Source of the DNA: Candidatus Babelota bacterium
Lineage (GTDB): Bacteria > Babelota > Babeliae > Babelales > Vermiphilaceae
Reading direction: 5' to 3'
Assembly: GCA_039809905.1 (NCBI GenBank)
Contig: JBDHVY010000001.1
Location: forward strand, 600,001-632,000
DNA length: 32,000 nucleotides
Shown here: piece after piece, positions 30,920 through 32,000 of the stretch
Numbering within the stretch: position 1 is the first letter of the stretch
Layout: each line of letters begins with the position of its first letter
Notes under the pieces: model-generated
The model's database searches: none
What the model was told of the DNA's origin: nothing
What the model saw: only the letters and a program-made list of their open reading frames with translations
Made by a program: the position numbers and the translations under genes

Positions 30920-31654
30920 ATGAAATATAAAATGAGTACACAGCTATTTTGTTTATTGAGCACTATTATTTTTTTTAGCTTGCATGCAGCTGATAATCAA
31001 ATATTGCCACTGCTTGCTTATCAAAACAGTAATTCGTATCAATCGTTATTACCTTTTAAAAAAAATACAAAAACTAAGATAGTTACTGCAGAATCTCAAT
31101 CTTTGTGTTTTCCTAAAGAAATACAGCAAAAAATCATGAAATTAAAGCTATTGTTGTGTTGGAAGGATGAGATTAATTTTTTAGAAAGCATTTCTCCTGT
31201 AAAAATAGGAGATGCGGAATTATGGGCAATTGACTTATGGAGACTTTCGTGCCAAGAGAGAGAGTGTGCATTAAGTTATCGTGACAAGATCACTTTTAAT
31301 CTGGAAGAATGTGATATGTTAAAAAAGATTATTCCTAAAGAAATGCAAACTGGTCTGGTGATACACAGATTTGCCAATAATGATGAATTATATCTGGACT
31401 GTTGCGATATTCCTGGTGGATGCGTGCTATTGCGTTGTATGGTTCCTCCAGCATTCGGAGCAGTGGTAATTGGATTGGGAGGTTTGATAGCTTGGGGAGT
31501 GGCTTCTCATCCAGGAACAGCTTTGAACCAAACACTTACAATTTTAGGAGGTATTGGCTTAGGAATAACAGTTGCTGGTTGGGGAGTAGAATATTGGAGA
31601 TATCGTTGGATGTTGGAACACAATACAGTAGCGACATCATTACAAGATGTTTGA
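30920..31654 (+). CDS. Cys-rich, hydrophobic-tailed family, member 4 (244 aa)
   Basis: Signal peptide is ...LLSTIIFFSLHA|AD. Family motifs are CFPKEIQQKI, PVKIGDAELW, LSCQERECAL and IIPKEMQTG, then LDCCDIPGGC and a Gly-rich two-segment hydrophobic tail. Confidence 0.65.
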   Translation: MKYKMSTQLFCLLSTIIFFSLHAADNQILPLLAYQNSNSYQSLLPFKKNTKTKIVTAESQSLCFPKEIQQKIMKLKLLLCWKDEINFLESISPVKIGDAELWAIDLWRLSCQERECALSYRDKITFNLEECDMLKKIIPKEMQTGLVIHRFANNDELYLDCCDIPGGCVLLRCMVPPAFGAVVIGLGGLIAWGVASHPGTALNQTLTILGGIGLGITVAGWGVEYWRYRWMLEHNTVATSLQDV

Positions 31655-31658
31655 TATA

Positions 31659-32000
31659 TTAATGTAACCAACCGTCTTTTCTTTTTTTTCTGTGAAAACT
31701 AATAGCAAAATGATGTGCATAATCGCGTAAAGCTATAAATAATTTTCCTACGGGCGTTTTTACATCAAGGCGAATTCCTTGACTGAATTGTGGTCCGTAT
31801 AAAGTTTCTTCTCGTTTTGCCAAACTCACCAATGGTGCATTGGGTAAAACATGTTGTGCTGCACTCAACTGTCCCTTGCCTCCATCGATAACAATTAAAT
31901 CGGGAATATCGGCTTTATTTTTGTAGCGACGCGCTATAATTTCTTGCAGTGCAGCGTAATCATTTTGCTCTGTTAATGTTTTAATTTTAAAGTGGCGGAA
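31659..32000 (-). CDS. uvrC: Excinuclease ABC subunit C, 3'-terminal part (5' end outside the window)
   Basis: The minus-strand frame is open to base 32000. It reads FRHFKIKTLTEQNDYAALQEIIARRYKNKADIPDLIVIDGGKGQLSAAQHVL...ALRDYAHHFAISFHRKKRKDGWLH*. IDGGKGQL and RD..H.FAI..HRKKR are hallmarks of the UvrC C-terminal endonuclease domain. Confidence 0.85.
   Translation of the reverse strand, partial: FRHFKIKTLTEQNDYAALQEIIARRYKNKADIPDLIVIDGGKGQLSAAQHVLPNAPLVSLAKREETLYGPQFSQGIRLDVKTPVGKLFIALRDYAHHFAISFHRKKRKDGWLH

Noticed and set aside
31402-31662. 86-aa plus-strand ORF overlapping the 3' part of family member 4 in another frame
   Set aside because: It is fully embedded in the longer ORF that carries the family motifs and the hydrophobic tail, with no SD.
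1-32000. Scan for tRNA/rRNA/tmRNA genes, CRISPR repeats, IS elements, integrases, toxin-antitoxin pairs and known defence-system signatures
   Set aside because: None was recognised by eye. No transposase or recombinase-like ORF is in the track, there are no regularly spaced short repeats, and there are no tRNA-like T-arm (GGTTCGAATCC) strings. Only a dedicated scan (tRNAscan-SE, Infernal, ISfinder, DefenseFinder) can exclude small or degenerate elements.

Overview
AT-rich bacterial chromosomal segment. I saw no rRNA, tRNA, CRISPR array, transposase or integrase. Recognisable housekeeping genes form the backbone: pyrG (3' part), nfo, aspS, eno, dcd, a MoxR ATPase, secG-mlaE-mlaF, tpiA and uvrC (3' part). 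Almost every junction between them holds a single-gene insert encoding a signal-peptide-bearing protein of unknown or eukaryote-like type. These include a 6-7 blade WD40 protein, a beta-propeller protein with a possible Skp1/POZ-like N-terminus, an ankyrin-like protein, a secreted EEP-family nuclease/phosphatase, and four dispersed paralogues of a Cys-rich protein family I do not recognise. The centre (11.7-20.1 kb, minus strand) is a compact five-gene operon: GspC-like PDZ protein, secretin, PilM-PilN/GspL-like fusion, PilO/GspM-like protein, and a second divergent secretin. No secretion ATPase, platform protein or (pseudo)pilin occurs anywhere in the window. The strongest sequence-level observations are: (i) the two-secretin operon; (ii) a 57-bp diverged direct repeat of the dcd 3' end bracketing one Cys-rich family member, which looks like an insertion scar; (iii) the four-member Cys-rich, hydrophobic-tailed family, one copy of which sits between tpiA and secG; (iv) a recurring [S/A]-M-[D/E/H] ending on the signal peptides of the accessory proteins but not of the housekeeping envelope proteins. 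The gene content and composition suggest a host-associated diderm such as a Dependentiae/TM6-like organism, but that is inference only. All functional calls come from reading motifs in the supplied translations; no database search was possible.
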